DNA of 64,000 bases from Geosiphon pyriformis uo1 (Eukaryota > Fungi > Glomeromycota): NCBI GenBank assembly GCA_016748015.1, contig JAAOMT010000495.1, positions 20,446-84,445 of the forward strand. The letters run 5' to 3'. Below, piece after piece: positions 14,524-27,526 of this stretch (positions are counted from its first letter, which is position 1; each line of letters opens with the position of its first letter). The notes beneath the pieces were generated by a model, which saw nothing but the letters and a program-made list of their open reading frames with translations, was not told where the DNA came from and did not search any database. The position numbers were made by a program, and so were the translations under genes.

Positions 14524-16584
14524 ATGTTGACGACTGATGGAGCAAACCCTTTCGGTCAGGGAATCCCATTTCATCGAGGGAAACCAATTAAATTTTTACA
14601 TTTTGAGGATGGAAGAATAAAATTAAATCCAGATGCTATCGACATTTTAATGTCAATCGAAGGGAATATTGGAGTTGTTTCTGTCGGTAAGTAACCTGTT
14701 TTTACGAATCATCCATGTTGAATTTGGCCTAAAGTTTTATTGACCCTTGAATATCTTAAAGTGGGCAAAAAACACACTGGAAAATCTCACTTTGCAAATA
14801 TCTTGCATGGTCGTCACGATGGCTTTGAAATGGGTAGCAAATTAAAAGGAACAACTGAAGGTGTCTTCATGTGGGATACTCCATTTCAACATGAAGAAGG
14901 TTTGAAAGTCCTAGTTCTTGATTTCGAAGGCTTCGACGAAGATTCCTTATCAGAAACAACGGAGTGGCACAAAAAATTGTTCATTCTTGCATTATCTATT
15001 TCTACGAATATTGTATATACGGTCGACAAATTTCCAACATCCCACACTATCGACCAATTATTGGCGGCAAACAATTTGATGGAGATGATTTCAAAAGAAA
15101 ACGATGACAATTACAATGTTGATATTGGGAAGAGTTTGATTTTCTTATTGAAAGATTGTATTTTTGAGACAAATGAAATGAATGAATATTTCCAAGAAAA
15201 GCTCGACAAGAAATTGGCTGCAGATAGTAAGTTGGTAGTTTATTAACTCATCTTTCCCAAACTTGAATAAATTTTCAAACTAATAAATTGATTCTCAAAT
15301 TTAGGTTATAACTCATTCGCAGATACTTTTTCAGAAGTAGAAGTTTTTGGAATTCCGCCTCCAGGATTAGGTTTAGCTGACCTACGAAAAATGAATAAAG
15401 TTATGACTAATCGTTTCGATAAGGATTATATTGTCGCACTTACTAAAGCCGTCAACGGAGTTTTATCAAATATCGGTCAAAAAAATAACCCAGCCGAAGG
15501 AACTTCAGCCAAGAAATTTTTGGCTAGGATGGATCTCACCTTGAATTACCTAAATAATCAACTCCAACAAAAGATTTCTCCCATTATTCCTATTATTGAT
15601 TATGAGTTTACAAAAGATGTTGAAGCTATCTGGAATCAATTGATTGAGCCTGGATTACAGGAAGGAACTCCCTTTGTGAGTAATACATTTGATGTTTTGA
15701 AATTTATGTCGTTCTCTCTCTCTCTCCCTGATTATTATATAACTGGATTACTCGAATTTAGGAAAATGAATTTATTCTTAAGAACAAATTATTCGAATTC
15801 TACGCGGAATTAACCCAACTTGATCATGAAGATATTTTCGTTGTCGACAAATTATTTGCTAAGAAAGAGAAATTGGCAATACAAAGATGGAAATCATTTC
15901 TTCCCAAAAATCTTACGTGAGTCTAATTAGAAATTAGGTTCTCTGAATTCAATCATTTCACTGACTAGTAATAACATTCCAAACTTTAAAATTCTTTTAC
16001 TTCAGATGGATTGTAGATTTTAAAGTGAATTCTTCAGATTTTCGCGGTTTACCTTGGCCGGCACCTGGTTGGAAATGGGATAAAACTGATTTAAATCAGG
16101 ATCACGGTGGAAAATTTATTCACATTGGATATAAGTTGGCAAACGCTGATGATGATGAATACATATCTAAAAAGACAACTGGATTTTCTTGGTAAAATTT
16201 TTTGTCGTTATTTCAAAAATTAGTTATTCCATGAAAACTTCCTAATAATTAAATTTGTATTTTAGGAATCCGAAGGGGAAATTTTGGACTCATTCAGATT
16301 GTGTCACTGCTCTTTCATATCTTGCTTATGATGAACCGCTTACGACCAAACCATCTGGCTGGGACTTTTGGAGTCCTCAAGATTTATCTGAAGGGACTGG
16401 TGGAAAGTATATCTATCTAGTTTGGAATGTATGTGGTGACAAGCCTCCAGTTTTAGAAATCTATTTCGAATTTTCGGATGAAAGTAAGCCACCTGTTAAA
16501 GAAGGATGGATCGCAGCTGACCAAGATTTATGTGCTGGGTCAGGAGGAACGTTTCTTTGGGGATATTACCGTACTCTCGCTTGA
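14524..16584 (+). CDS. GBP/atlastin (GB1/RHD3-type) GTPase fused to a C-terminal MABP-like beta-prism (552 aa)
   Basis: Exons 14524-14686, 14762-15226, 15305-15675, 15762-15916, 16006-16191, 16266-16584 (1659 nt). KLNPDAIDILMSI, VVSVVGKKHTGKSHFAN (G1), GFEMGSKLKGTTEGVFMW (G2), LVLDFEG (G3), FLLKD (G4). C-terminal repeats DLNQDHGGKFIHIGY, DLSEGTGGKYIYLVW, DLCAGSGGTFLWGYY. Confidence 0.88.
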
Positions 16585-17039
16585 AAAAAGGTTTAATTTC
16601 CAAGGGTAGCAAACCAGATTTCCTCATTACATATAGCTTTTATGTTCGAAATGAATATCGAAATTAGTTTTTTTGTCATTTCGTTATTGTATTCTGAATA
16701 TCTTGAATTGAATTGCAACTTAAAAAGTGTGATTTAAAATTTCTATTAGCCATATTTTATTTCGTATAATGAATTTAAAAGTGATACAATAAAAAAATTT
16801 TGACTTGGGGAAATGGTCATCCAGATTTTCTATTGGCCTATTCAGAGCATCCCGTGACAAGATAACCAAAGGTTTATTTGAATTAAACATCTAATGTGAA
16901 TTTGTTTAAAATTTAATTTTTAGAAATAAACTAATTAACAATAAGCTAGCTATTTTGAATGAAATAAAAGTTGTTTAAAATGTATCCTCTTATCAAAGAA
17001 ACTAATTAAGCTTTTTTTATGATGGATTTACTAAGAAAT

Positions 17040-17320
17040 TTTTAATTTTTTACCTTGAAATTTCTTCAAAATGTTCATCTTTTTCATCAAAGTGTATCAT
17101 TCAAACATTCTTCAATAAGGGAAAATACAATTCAGCCATTCAAAATATTAATTATGAAAATGTCGTCATAAGGTTGACTATTAAAAGAATGGTTTCCTGT
17201 TGTTAAATTCTATAATAAACATCCCTAAACTATATCTATCACCAGCCATCGTTTTTTAAAACTTCTGATACAATGAATTTGTAAATTATTACAAATTTCA
17301 AGTATGGCAATAACAATGAA
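17040..17320 (-). pseudogene. Tyrosine-kinase-like (TKL) protein kinase remnant
   Basis: Frameshifted minus-strand fragments FIVSEVL (APE), GDRYSLGM (DIYSxG), LTTGNHSFNSQPYDDIFIINILNG, LIEECLN match kinase subdomains VIII-XI. Confidence 0.6.
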
Positions 17321-17728
17321 TAAATTATTTTAAAAATGAAAATTCTTGTGGTTAACCTTTTAACCAACTTAAAAAAACATGAGTTTTTATCAAAATTTTT
17401 TTTAAAACAAAAACAAAAATCTTTTTACTCTAAAATTAAACACAAACAAAATATTTTTAACAGATCAAAAAGCAAAGGTTTTTGTTGATAAATTTTAAAG
17501 ATAATGAAATCAAGTAACAGCAAATGTTATTTGAAGATATTATAAGAAAATGGAAAAAGGTTTTATCGTAAAAAATAAAAACAATTAAATATATACATTT
17601 AAATTAGCTTTATTTAAGATTTTCATATGTAAAAGTGTGTTTTTAAATATTTGGAATTAAAAGTATCTAAATTTTTTTAAGAGAACTGGATATTGATTAT
17701 TATATGCAAATAAGTTGATAATAATAGC

Positions 17729-17788
<60 letters not shown>
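17729..17788. repeat. (AAT)n microsatellite
   Basis: About 20 tandem AAT units; source of the spurious poly-Ile ORF 17657-17860. Confidence 0.95.
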
Positions 17789-17790
<2 letters not shown>

Positions 17791-18234
17791 TTTTTAATGT
17801 TATATATATATAGATATATATAAAAATTCTGTTATGTTTAATCAAATAATTGCTATACATACCCCAACAAATTATTCTCTGGATCCTATGGATTAAGATA
17901 TTGAGTCAATATTTATCAGCCGCAATTATTAATCAGTATGAATAAGATAATATGAATAAGATAGTTGGTCTTTTTGCCATTTATGGTTTTAAGTTAGGAT
18001 GATCTTTTTATCCGTTTATGAATTAACTCTATTCAGAATTTGAATCAAATTTATTTAATATTAACAGATTTTTAAATATTAATTTTGGGTTAAAATTTTT
18101 TATTAAGATTCATTAACTATTCATATATGACAATTAATATATATATTGTATAAAAAATTAATTTTGATTATTATTTTTATTTTTAAATTTTAATAATATT
18201 TTATGCAAATCTAATTTTTTTTAATATACAACAG

Positions 18235-18237
<3 letters not shown>

Positions 18238-18265
<28 letters not shown>
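18238..18265. repeat. (TA)n microsatellite
   Basis: Uninterrupted AT dinucleotide run. Confidence 0.9.
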
Positions 18266-18271
<6 letters not shown>

Positions 18272-19311
18272 GAGCAGAAAATTATTAAATTATAACACAC
18301 AATAAGAAATATTATAAGATAATTTTAATAAAGTTTTCTATAATAAAATTTAATTAATTTATTTTTTATTTAATTATTATCTAGCCATTATATATTTATT
18401 CATTTTTTATTTTAATTAAATTATCTGGTCATTTAAAGCTATATTATTCAAAAACTCATGTATTGAGATAGACTTTATCTGAACCTGACAAAAACTTTGG
18501 AAATTTGTAGCCTTCTCAAAAGTTTCATGGTCATTTATTTCTGACTTTGTGATAACAGTTATAAAAAAATCAAAGGTAGATGCACCAGATAATTGGTAAA
18601 CACTTTAAAAATTTTTCAAAAGAAACTTGGAAAGAGAAAAAAAAAAAAAGGTTAAATCATTTGGGTGTTAAAATATTGAAAATTTCACCAATACTAATTT
18701 TTCAATGAACTATTTGATTTTTAAAACTTTTGGATTCCTTATTAATACGATAATAATGTCATGGTTGCTAATAAATATTTTTTGAGAATAAATTTTTTTC
18801 GTTAGTGTCAAAAATCATTTAATTCTAAAAAAAAATTTATGAAATCGCTCACGTACAGTAAATAATCAATAAAATGGTAAGAACAGTGAATCCCAAACAT
18901 TAAAATGAATTGACGGGAAAAAGGGTTTTTACAATTAATATATTTTACAGTATTTTTAATTTCAAGATAAAGCTAAAAACCACAATTCATAGAAAAAAAA
19001 AATTTATAAATTCGTAAAAGACGAAAAAAAGTAATACCCAATTAAGAAATAAATAGGAAGCCATGTAATGTCATACTCTTGTTAGGCTCAAAATTTGAGG
19101 AAAGTAACAATTATTCGAGATTATTACTAAGGCAGAATAATTAAACTTTTGGTCTTTCCTATTTTCCTGAGTCATACAATAATAAATAGGAAACCCAGTT
19201 CGGACCGAGATTTTCCAATTTCTTTTTCAAGAGCTATTCGGATTACATTTATAATGATTTAAAAAATTAGAGGAACTTGATTTAATTATATTCTAAATCT
19301 GTATAACATTT

Positions 19312-20800
19312 TTATAAATTTCCACTTTCTATTGTATTTTGATTACAATCGTTGAAAAAAACCCCAAAATAAGGACCATAATGAGGTCTTTGATTAGATT
19401 GTTCGACTTCAGCCTCAGTCGTAGTGTTCAAATTGCATTGCTAAATTGAATAAATGGGTTTTAAATTTTATGTTGTCAAAAGCAAGCTTCTTTCAATATG
19501 TTGAGAAACCTACCCCGTTTTCACCACTATAAGCGCCTCTTTTGAATCCTGGACATTCATAGATAACATGCTTTCCATCAATAGTTGGCCCTCCAAGGGG
19601 CGTAGTCTTACAATTGCAATCTGGTTCAGCTATCCAATATTCAGTATCATGATGCCTATAGGACCCTTTAGCTAGAAAATCTCTTGGAATCCAATCGTTG
19701 GAATGGGTAATCCGAAATAATTTTGCTCTCAAAGGCCAAAATACCAAGTTCACCAATTCAGCAAAATTGTCATTGCCGATTCGTGGTGCACCAAAAGTTG
19801 CCACATAAACGCTAGACTCAAAAACAGGCCAATTTTTTCCCCATTTACCAGTTAAGAATTTTTTAAAGTACAATGCTGCCAAGAGTGCATAAGCTTATAG
19901 ATATAAATAGTCAAAAGAATTATGGGAAAAGTTTTGGGAAAATCAAATCCACAAAAGGCAATTAAAAATGTATTGGCCTGAAGTCAATCAAATTACCTCC
20001 CCCGATACCATGCCCGGTGAACCAGAACTGGGCTTTAGAAAACCAGCTATCTGGTTTTTTTTTCAAAAGTTTTTCAAATTTGGCTAGTATTGCAGACATC
20101 ATTTCTTTCACATGATGATCCCAAGAAGAATCAATTTCGCCTCTCATCAAACCACGACTAGGCGACGAGTAAGTGAATGTTGACATTCCCTTTGGTCTAT
20201 TTCGCCAGTTGATACGTGAATAATCTCTCCCACGAAAGTATGCAACTATAATATCCTGATTTTCTTTATCAGTCACGACATCAGCTAGAAATTCGGACGA
20301 TAAGATGAAAAAGATTTGAAATCACTTTACAATAATATATTGTATAAAATATTTTTCATACCACGAATATCCTCTTCAAGTGCTTGACTTCCCACATTAT
20401 TGCCAATACGACAATAAGCGTAATTAGCATATTTTGCCATTTTGGTGAGGATCTTTATCTTTGCCCGGTTACTGTAACGTCTTTTGACTGGGTATAGCAA
20501 ACCGTAATCTCGTGCTCTTTTAAAATTTTCAACCAATGAATTAACTTTTTCGGTGTAAATTTTCGTGCCAGTGATTATAAAGTGTTTTTCGTCATGATTA
20601 ATCGTAGTTTTAATATTAGACATGATAGTGAAATTCGTATCTTCACTTTTAATGTGTTTTCCATTTGACCAGTTTATTTCTTGTGCAGCAGGATAATAAG
20701 AATCTTTATGGGAATATGTGGTTGATAATATTTTTTTGAAAGCAACATCTTGGGAAGAGAAAAATATAAAATATAAAAAATATAAAAAATATATTATCAT
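19312..20800 (-). CDS. Lipase class 3-like secreted protein, Ser to Gly (copy 2, 411 aa)
   Basis: Exons 20800-20362, 20284-19997, 19893-19514, 19440-19312. AKYANYAYC, VAYFRG, FTGHGIGG/AYA, ATFGAPRIGN, RITHSNDWIP, HHDTEYWI, QCN, HYGPYFG. Confidence 0.9.
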
Positions 20801-21094
20801 TTCCAGAGAAAAAAATTTTATCTAGATTTCATCAAATTGTGTATTTCGTAATTCCACAGGTTTTTTTAGGCTAAAATTAATTTTATGTTTGCGTGTGTGT
20901 GTGTGAGTGAAGAATGTGATTTTTCGGAAACTCCTTTTGTTTTAAATGGCAAGCGTCAGAAAATTTTTGATCTGCATCAAGTATAGTTTTTAAAAATCTT
21001 GTCCTCATTACTTGGTGATTAATAAAAATACATTGATATCAGGTTCAAAATCATGACAATAAATATCCCACCTTCTTTTTTGCTAAATCACCTT

Positions 21095-21260
21095 TTTATA
21101 TTTACATCGTTAGCTTACGCAAGATCTTCGCTAAGACGTTACCGTCTGGCATTCGTCTCTACGATATTTCTTTCCTTTTTCCCCAACTTCCCAAAATGCC
21201 AAAAAAAAGGTTACCTCTACGCACGTGTCTCTAGCGCCAAGATAAAGAGCGAGATTCTTT
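21095..21260 (+). mobile_element. IS607-family serine recombinase (TnpA) relic
   Basis: KTLPSGIRLYDIS (21133-21171, end of MerR-like HTH, compare RTPSGxRRY) followed, after a frameshift in an A-run, by KKGYLYARVSSAK (catalytic YARVSS, 21218-21241). Confidence 0.65.
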
Positions 21261-22848
21261 AGTATTTTTTCCATATTCGCAAGTAATTTAATCTCTTTTT
21301 GACCAGGCAAGACTCTCGTTTTCATAATGTAATTTCAAAAAAATTTTGTACAAATTTTTTGCATACCCCTGTTTAAATAATAAGCATAAAGTTTTTGTTT
21401 TCACTCTTTTTGACCTCCAGTTATTTCGAAAAGCTCTACTTTACTATTAATAAATGTTTAACAAAAAGTTCTTGGAAAAATTAAATTTTAAAATAATCTT
21501 GTGTAAAGTTCAATAAAGGATCAAAATATTTTTTTATATAGCAAATGCATTATATTATGTATTAGGTGTTTTGTTTTCTATTTTCATGAATTGGGTTTTT
21601 TTTTTTTGGTAAAAACACGAAGTTTGGCAAAATGTAACCCTTCAAATTTTTTTGTAACATCTAAATTTTTTTTGAGAGCTTTCAAAAATTATTAATTTAA
21701 GTATAAAAATAATCTGCGTGACTTATAAACAAAGAAAAATTACTGGATAAGTTTTATGCTATATAACGTTATTCACTTGTTTAATTTAATTCTTTTAATA
21801 TCATGCCAAGCTTTTACGAGCTATAATTATAATCTCAGCTTGATCGCAATTGAAAAGAAATTTCTACTGTATAGCGTTGAGTACATTACTGATCTGAAAT
21901 ACAAGGTAGTTATAAAAACATTTTTTACGATGAATTGATTACGCAATTAAAATCACAGAAAAAACAGCGGAAAAGGCGAATAGTTATTGCCCACATGAGT
22001 AGTTTCAGTTAGACTTGACATTTTTATTATGAAATTTCAATTTTTTTTTTCATATTTTAATATTCCTGAAATTTTTTCATACATGATTAAAAAAACTAAA
22101 ATATTCATAATAATAATTTAAGAATTTTTAATTTTTCATAAAAAACTGGTACATAATTCTGAACGAATATAGGGTACAAATTGGGAAATGAGTTTTTATA
22201 CATATCTTGATCAAACCTCAAGAATATATTTCACAGCAATCTAATACATTTATAATGAATAATTATTTAAATTAAATAAAAATCAATATATATATATATA
22301 TATACATATATTTGGATATTTGGATATTTAAAGAATAAGCTTTGAAAAAAAAATTTTTTATCAAGTTATTTTATAAAAACAGTTTTAGGTAAATTTATTT
22401 ATAATAATATAATTAAATTTTCATTAAAAATACTATAAATTTTTTGTAATGCTCTTTTTAATTATATATTTTTAGTTTTAAAATTAATTTCAGAGAAAAA
22501 TATTAAACTAATTATTTATTGAAAAACATGTCAAAATGAGTCTGTTAAACATTTTTAAATATGTTCAAAATTCTAAATTTGTACTCCCTCTAAAAAAAAT
22601 GGAGTTCCATCACTTTAAAATCATATATATCAAAATTATTATGAAAAAGAATCAAATGCAATTCCAAAAATTCTGAATTGTTTACAACTTAAAATTTTAA
22701 TAATTAAAAATAAAGCAAGCTATAACCCTTGTACATGAATTTTGAAGAAAATTCTTATAAAAGAGAGTTGAATTTAATTTTATGAATTAGATATTCGTAA
22801 ACCTTAAAAGGTTTGAATCATAAGAGATAAAAAAAATATGTTTATCCA

Positions 22849-24332
22849 TTATTCTGGCCAGAAAGCGTTGAATGGAAGTTCATCCATATATTCCCAACAC
22901 ACATTCATCATAATTCCAAAGTAAGGACCATAATGTGCCGCTAACCCTTGGTCTTCAGTTCCTTTCTGTCCTGCGTTGCATTGCTATGTAAAGAAAATTC
23001 AAAAATATATTTCAGTCAAGCATTTTTTTTTTCAATGAATATCTAATGAAACTTTTGTTATACCTTATTTTCACCACTATACTTTCTTAGAGAGGATTCA
23101 TCTCCGGGACAGGAATATAAAGGGTATTCACCAACTAATTCTTGAAATGGATACATGACCTGATCCTTTTGACTGCAATCACAAAAAGGATAAGAAATCC
23201 AAAATTCACGCTCTTGATGTTCCAAAAATTCCGAAGGATGATTGAAGACTGGAAAATGAGGGTGATAATCATTTGTATGGGTTACCCGAACAATTCGAAG
23301 TTTCTTATTGGCTAATCTGGCCAAAGAACTAGATAAAACTCGTGGTTGACCAAATGTTGCTACGAGTACGTCAATTTTACTATTTACTTCGGAATATTGA
23401 GTTTTGAATGCTAAAGCTGCGAGAGTTGCGTATGCTTGATGGGGAAAAAAAAAATCTAATGATCAATAATGAAGATGGACACTTTTATAATAAAATTATT
23501 ATTATTCTTATTCTTATTATTCTTATTATTTTTATTTTTATTTTTATTATTATTATTATTATTATTATCATTACCACCACCAGCACCATGTCCTGTAAAT
23601 ATAACATTGGTCGATTTTCGGATATCCACGCCTCCAAACAAAAGATTCAAATAAATTTCAATTCTTTGAAATAGTTCTGGCTTTATTACTTGAAAATGGT
23701 GGTGAAACTCTGAATCAACTGCCATATTTCGCACAGGTTCTCCAAAAGTATAATTATTTGCAGGAATAAGTTGAGTATGCCTTTCTTTCCATTGTGAAAA
23801 TGACAATTCTGGTCCTTTGAAGTAGGTAATAATTTCTCTTTGTTGAACATCTATAAAACTATCAGCTTTTTTGGAAAATAAATAGAGACTTACAAAGGTT
23901 AAATTATCATAATTATTTTTAAAATTCTCAATCATTAAATTTGAAAATTTTTAACTCCCTACCAACCACTCCAGGGATGTGATGAGCTAAATTATTAATT
24001 AATGTGCTTGGAAAATTTTTTGATAAGAATCTACCAAATGCGTTATTTTTTGAACAGTACGCGAAATTTGAATAATGTGCAAATCTTTTCAATTCTCTTA
24101 TTATCTCTGGACTTGTAATTTGATATTTAACAGGGGAAAAGTTATTGGCATTTGTTTGTGGTACAGAATTTTGTAGTTTAATTGAGTCAAAAATAAAATA
24201 TTTTTCAAGGAAACTGGTGGAAGCTAATATCAGTTTTGGGCTTTGGATTGAATTACTCTTTACAAAATTGAATATGAAGAGAAAAAGACATATTATTACT
24301 GTGAAGAGATGTAGTAAGGTTTTAATCATCAT
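22849..24332 (-). CDS. Lipase class 3-like secreted protein, Ser to Gly (copy 3, 388 aa)
   Basis: Exons 24332-23963, 23865-23575, 23434-23064, 22983-22849. Signal peptide, AHYSNFAYC, ITYFKGP, FTGHGAGG/AYA, ATFGQPRV, RVTHTNDYHPHFP, HQEREFWI, QCN, HYGPYFG. Confidence 0.9.
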
Positions 24333-24924
24333 TTTCCTTAAAACTAGATTTTCAACCAGTATTATTTGGGTTGTAAAGAGAAAGATTATGAAAATTTCCG
24401 GCCTATACTTGAATACTATATCTTTTAGATAAAAGCAATGACTAAAATTAGATATGTTTTTATTTTCAGAATGGTTGTTGTGTATTTATATTTATTAATT
24501 GAGTTAATTAATCAGAAATTGGGATTAAAGGCGACAAACATACCGGGTGAGATAAGACCACGCTTAAATATTTTGTGCAGTGATTAAAATAACAATTTTA
24601 AAGTTTAGGACTTTTCACTATTAACTCGATATCCTTGAAAAAAAAATTACATTTTTTAAAAAGAAGCTTTAAACATTGATAAATCTTGGGAAGAATGAAT
24701 ATAATGTACAAACTGCTAATACAGAATTATGAGGATTTTCTCAAGATCTTGAAAATTTTTTTGAAATACTAAAAACCTTAAAATTGCACGTGGGTGCTTA
24801 TCTTTAATAACAAAAGACATTTATTTTTGTTCAATTTATTATTTAATTAAAGAGCGAGTTGAAAATTCGAAAAATTTATTAACAAATAGGTCTCCAAAAA
24901 GATTTTTGTTGTAAAAATGTTCAA

Positions 24925-25065
24925 GAAAGAGGTGAAAATTGCGCATATTATTAGACGGTCAGCTACTTGTGTTAAATGTTGTTTTAAATTATTAGAAGTC
25001 AAAGGGCTAAAACCTACAAGCATTGGACCAAAGAAGATTGGCGGTGTGTTCTTTGGACAGAAAAA
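24925..25065 (+). mobile_element. Tc1/mariner transposase fragment
   Basis: KIAHIIRRSATCVK (HTH-like) and RAKTYKHWTKEDWRCVLWTE (compare WAxxHxxWTxEDWxxVLWSDE upstream of the first catalytic D); no TIRs found. Confidence 0.7.
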
Positions 25066-26200
25066 TTGTCAATAACCACTGATTCGTATGAAAAATTTTG
25101 TTTATCGTGACATTAAATTGAGCTTTACCACCCTGAATAACGGTTAAAAGTTGGGCGTAAATCTATCATAGTATGAGGGATGTGCCTTCTCACGTATGTC
25201 TGTATAACTGGTGGAAGTATATGCAAAACCGAAACTCACAAACAGGAGCTGACTTGAATGAGGTAGTTTTGGAATGCTATAATAATTCCTCAATTTATTG
25301 ATTCGATCCCAAAACGTATTAAAGAAGTTATAAAATAAAGGATTATACACTTTTGTTTTCAATAATAAAGTGATATAAATAATGACTCAAAGTTCCTTGT
25401 GCTTCGGATTAACTGTATCTTTTATTTACAATGCAACAACTAAAAATGGGTGATTTTCTGATTTTTACGAAAAATATTTTATTATACATGTAATTGGTTG
25501 ACAATTAACCAAGTATAATAAAATTTACTATCTATCCATTTTCGGTTTAATTAGAGTTACTATGTTAGTGAAAATAATCGTTATCATTGTTATCTTTAAA
25601 TGTATTTTTATAATGAGAAAATATAAACAAAAACCTGTTGCATTTTTATCCCACGACAAATTCTTGATAAACTCTATGAAATTTTTTCCTTTTTTTGAAA
25701 CAAGTTTTTTTTTTTTTCAAATATTTATCGCTAAACTCTCGAGCATTTTTAAAAGAAAAAAAAAATATTTACCTTATTTGAAATTAAATCAAAGGTAAAA
25801 TAAACATTAAAAAATTTTGATTATTGATTTAACTTTTGTAATTCGCTAGTCTATACACTTAAGTCTTTAGAATTTCGGATAATCATAATCTTTTATGACC
25901 TCTCTAAATAGAAATAAAAATTGTAGTAAAAGAAAAACCTTTAGAAAAGTCTTTCAGAAAATTTTGATTTATAATATATTTCGAATTCATACTATCAGAT
26001 TTTAGTAATGTTATGAAAATATCTACGTTACAGAAAGAAAGTGATTGCTTTGATATTATTTTATTAATGTTCTTTTATTTAAGAAAAGGTAAAATTTTAG
26101 ATTTGGAATACAATTTGCAACGAAAAATATTTTTTTTTCTTCACAAATCAAAAAATAACATTCATTAATTAATTCATTCATTCATTAAAAAAATTTAAAA

Positions 26201-27526
26201 ATGGAAATCCTTTCAAAATTTCTTTGGTTAATTCACTTGATTTTCATGATAGTTTTTTCATCAAATTTAATATCAAAAACATTCGAAACCTCCTCCCTAT
26301 TTAAAATATCTAAACAAATAAAATATGAACAAAATTTTCGACAAAATACGACATCACTCTTTTTCAAAAAAAAAATTATCATGGAATAAAAAGCATAAAA
26401 AAAGACCAAAATTTTTTATTTATAGATAAAAGGAGCTTGGGAAAGTTGGAAATCAATGATAAAGCCATAATCAAAATGTTAACTACTATGGCTGAATATG
26501 CTAATTTGGCTTATTGTTCAGAAACTAACAAATTTGGTGAACTTGGTATCAAAGATGCTTTTGGTATGAATAAAATATTGAGAGTTTAAATAAACATTTA
26601 TCATTCATATTTATCAAAATCTAATTTTGAAATAATAATTTTAGTTAACATTATTCAACACTTGGAAAGCAAAGAAATAATTTGTTATTTCAAAGGATTG
26701 CATTTCTCACGTGAGGAGTTGAGCAATAGAGTTCCTAACTTCTCCGGTTATAGAACTAGGAGTGGCTATGTGGATACTGAATGGATGGGCCATTCAATCA
26801 AAATTGCAAAATTGATTATGAAGAAAATTCTGGATTTCTTGATAAAGACTCCTGGAATTCATAAAAAAGTTTATTTTACTGGGCATGGCGTGGGCGGCGG
26901 TTAGATTAACTAAAAATTTGGATTTTTAATTTGATTTTTAGATTTAATGAAAATTGTAAATCAAATCATTTTATAATTTTCAGTATATGCGGTATTAGCC
27001 GGTCTCTATATACTAGAATCGTATTACGAAAAAGTTCTACCAGAACTTTCCAAACCGTTGATAGTCGAATTTCTTGCCATTACTTTCGGACAACCACGAA
27101 TTGGGACAAGTCAATTTGCATGTCTCATTAATAAGAGGTTGAAAGTTTATCGAGTAACGATTTATAATGATTATTTTCCCCATTTTCCAATTGGGAATGA
27201 TAAAATGATTGAAGTTCATCATGATACAGAGTATTGGATTTCCGAAGAAGATTGCTATTGCTCTAATCAGATTGAAGGAAATAGTCAATTAAAGTATCAA
27301 TCCAAAATTTATGAATGTTTGAACGATAATGGGCAACTGTTTGAAAAAAAGGAAAAAGAAAATTTGGTAAAAATACTCTTTTTCTAGTAAATTAATTTTG
27401 AATGATTCAAGCTTGGCTAAAATTTTTTTTGAATTTGAGTAGAAAGGTAATTTGGGAACGGACGGATTAGGTGAATTAGTCCATTTTGGGCCATATTTCG
27501 GTACCACATTTAACGTGTGTCATTAA
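26201..27526 (+). CDS. Lipase class 3-like protein, Ser to Gly (copy 4), with a one-base frameshift in exon 1 (sequencing error or young pseudogene)
   Basis: Exons 26201-26563, 26645-26899, 26984-27366, 27443-27526. One extra A in the A10 run 26366-26375 restores the frame to AEYANLAYC. FTGHGVGG/VYA, ITFGQPRIG, HHDTEYWI, HFGPYFG; conserved last-exon Cys is Gly (KGN). Confidence 0.8.

Noticed and set aside
17657-17860. Poly-Ile ORF (also 23408-23674 and 23469-23654)
   Set aside because: Translations of (AAT)n microsatellites or of an intron on the antisense strand.
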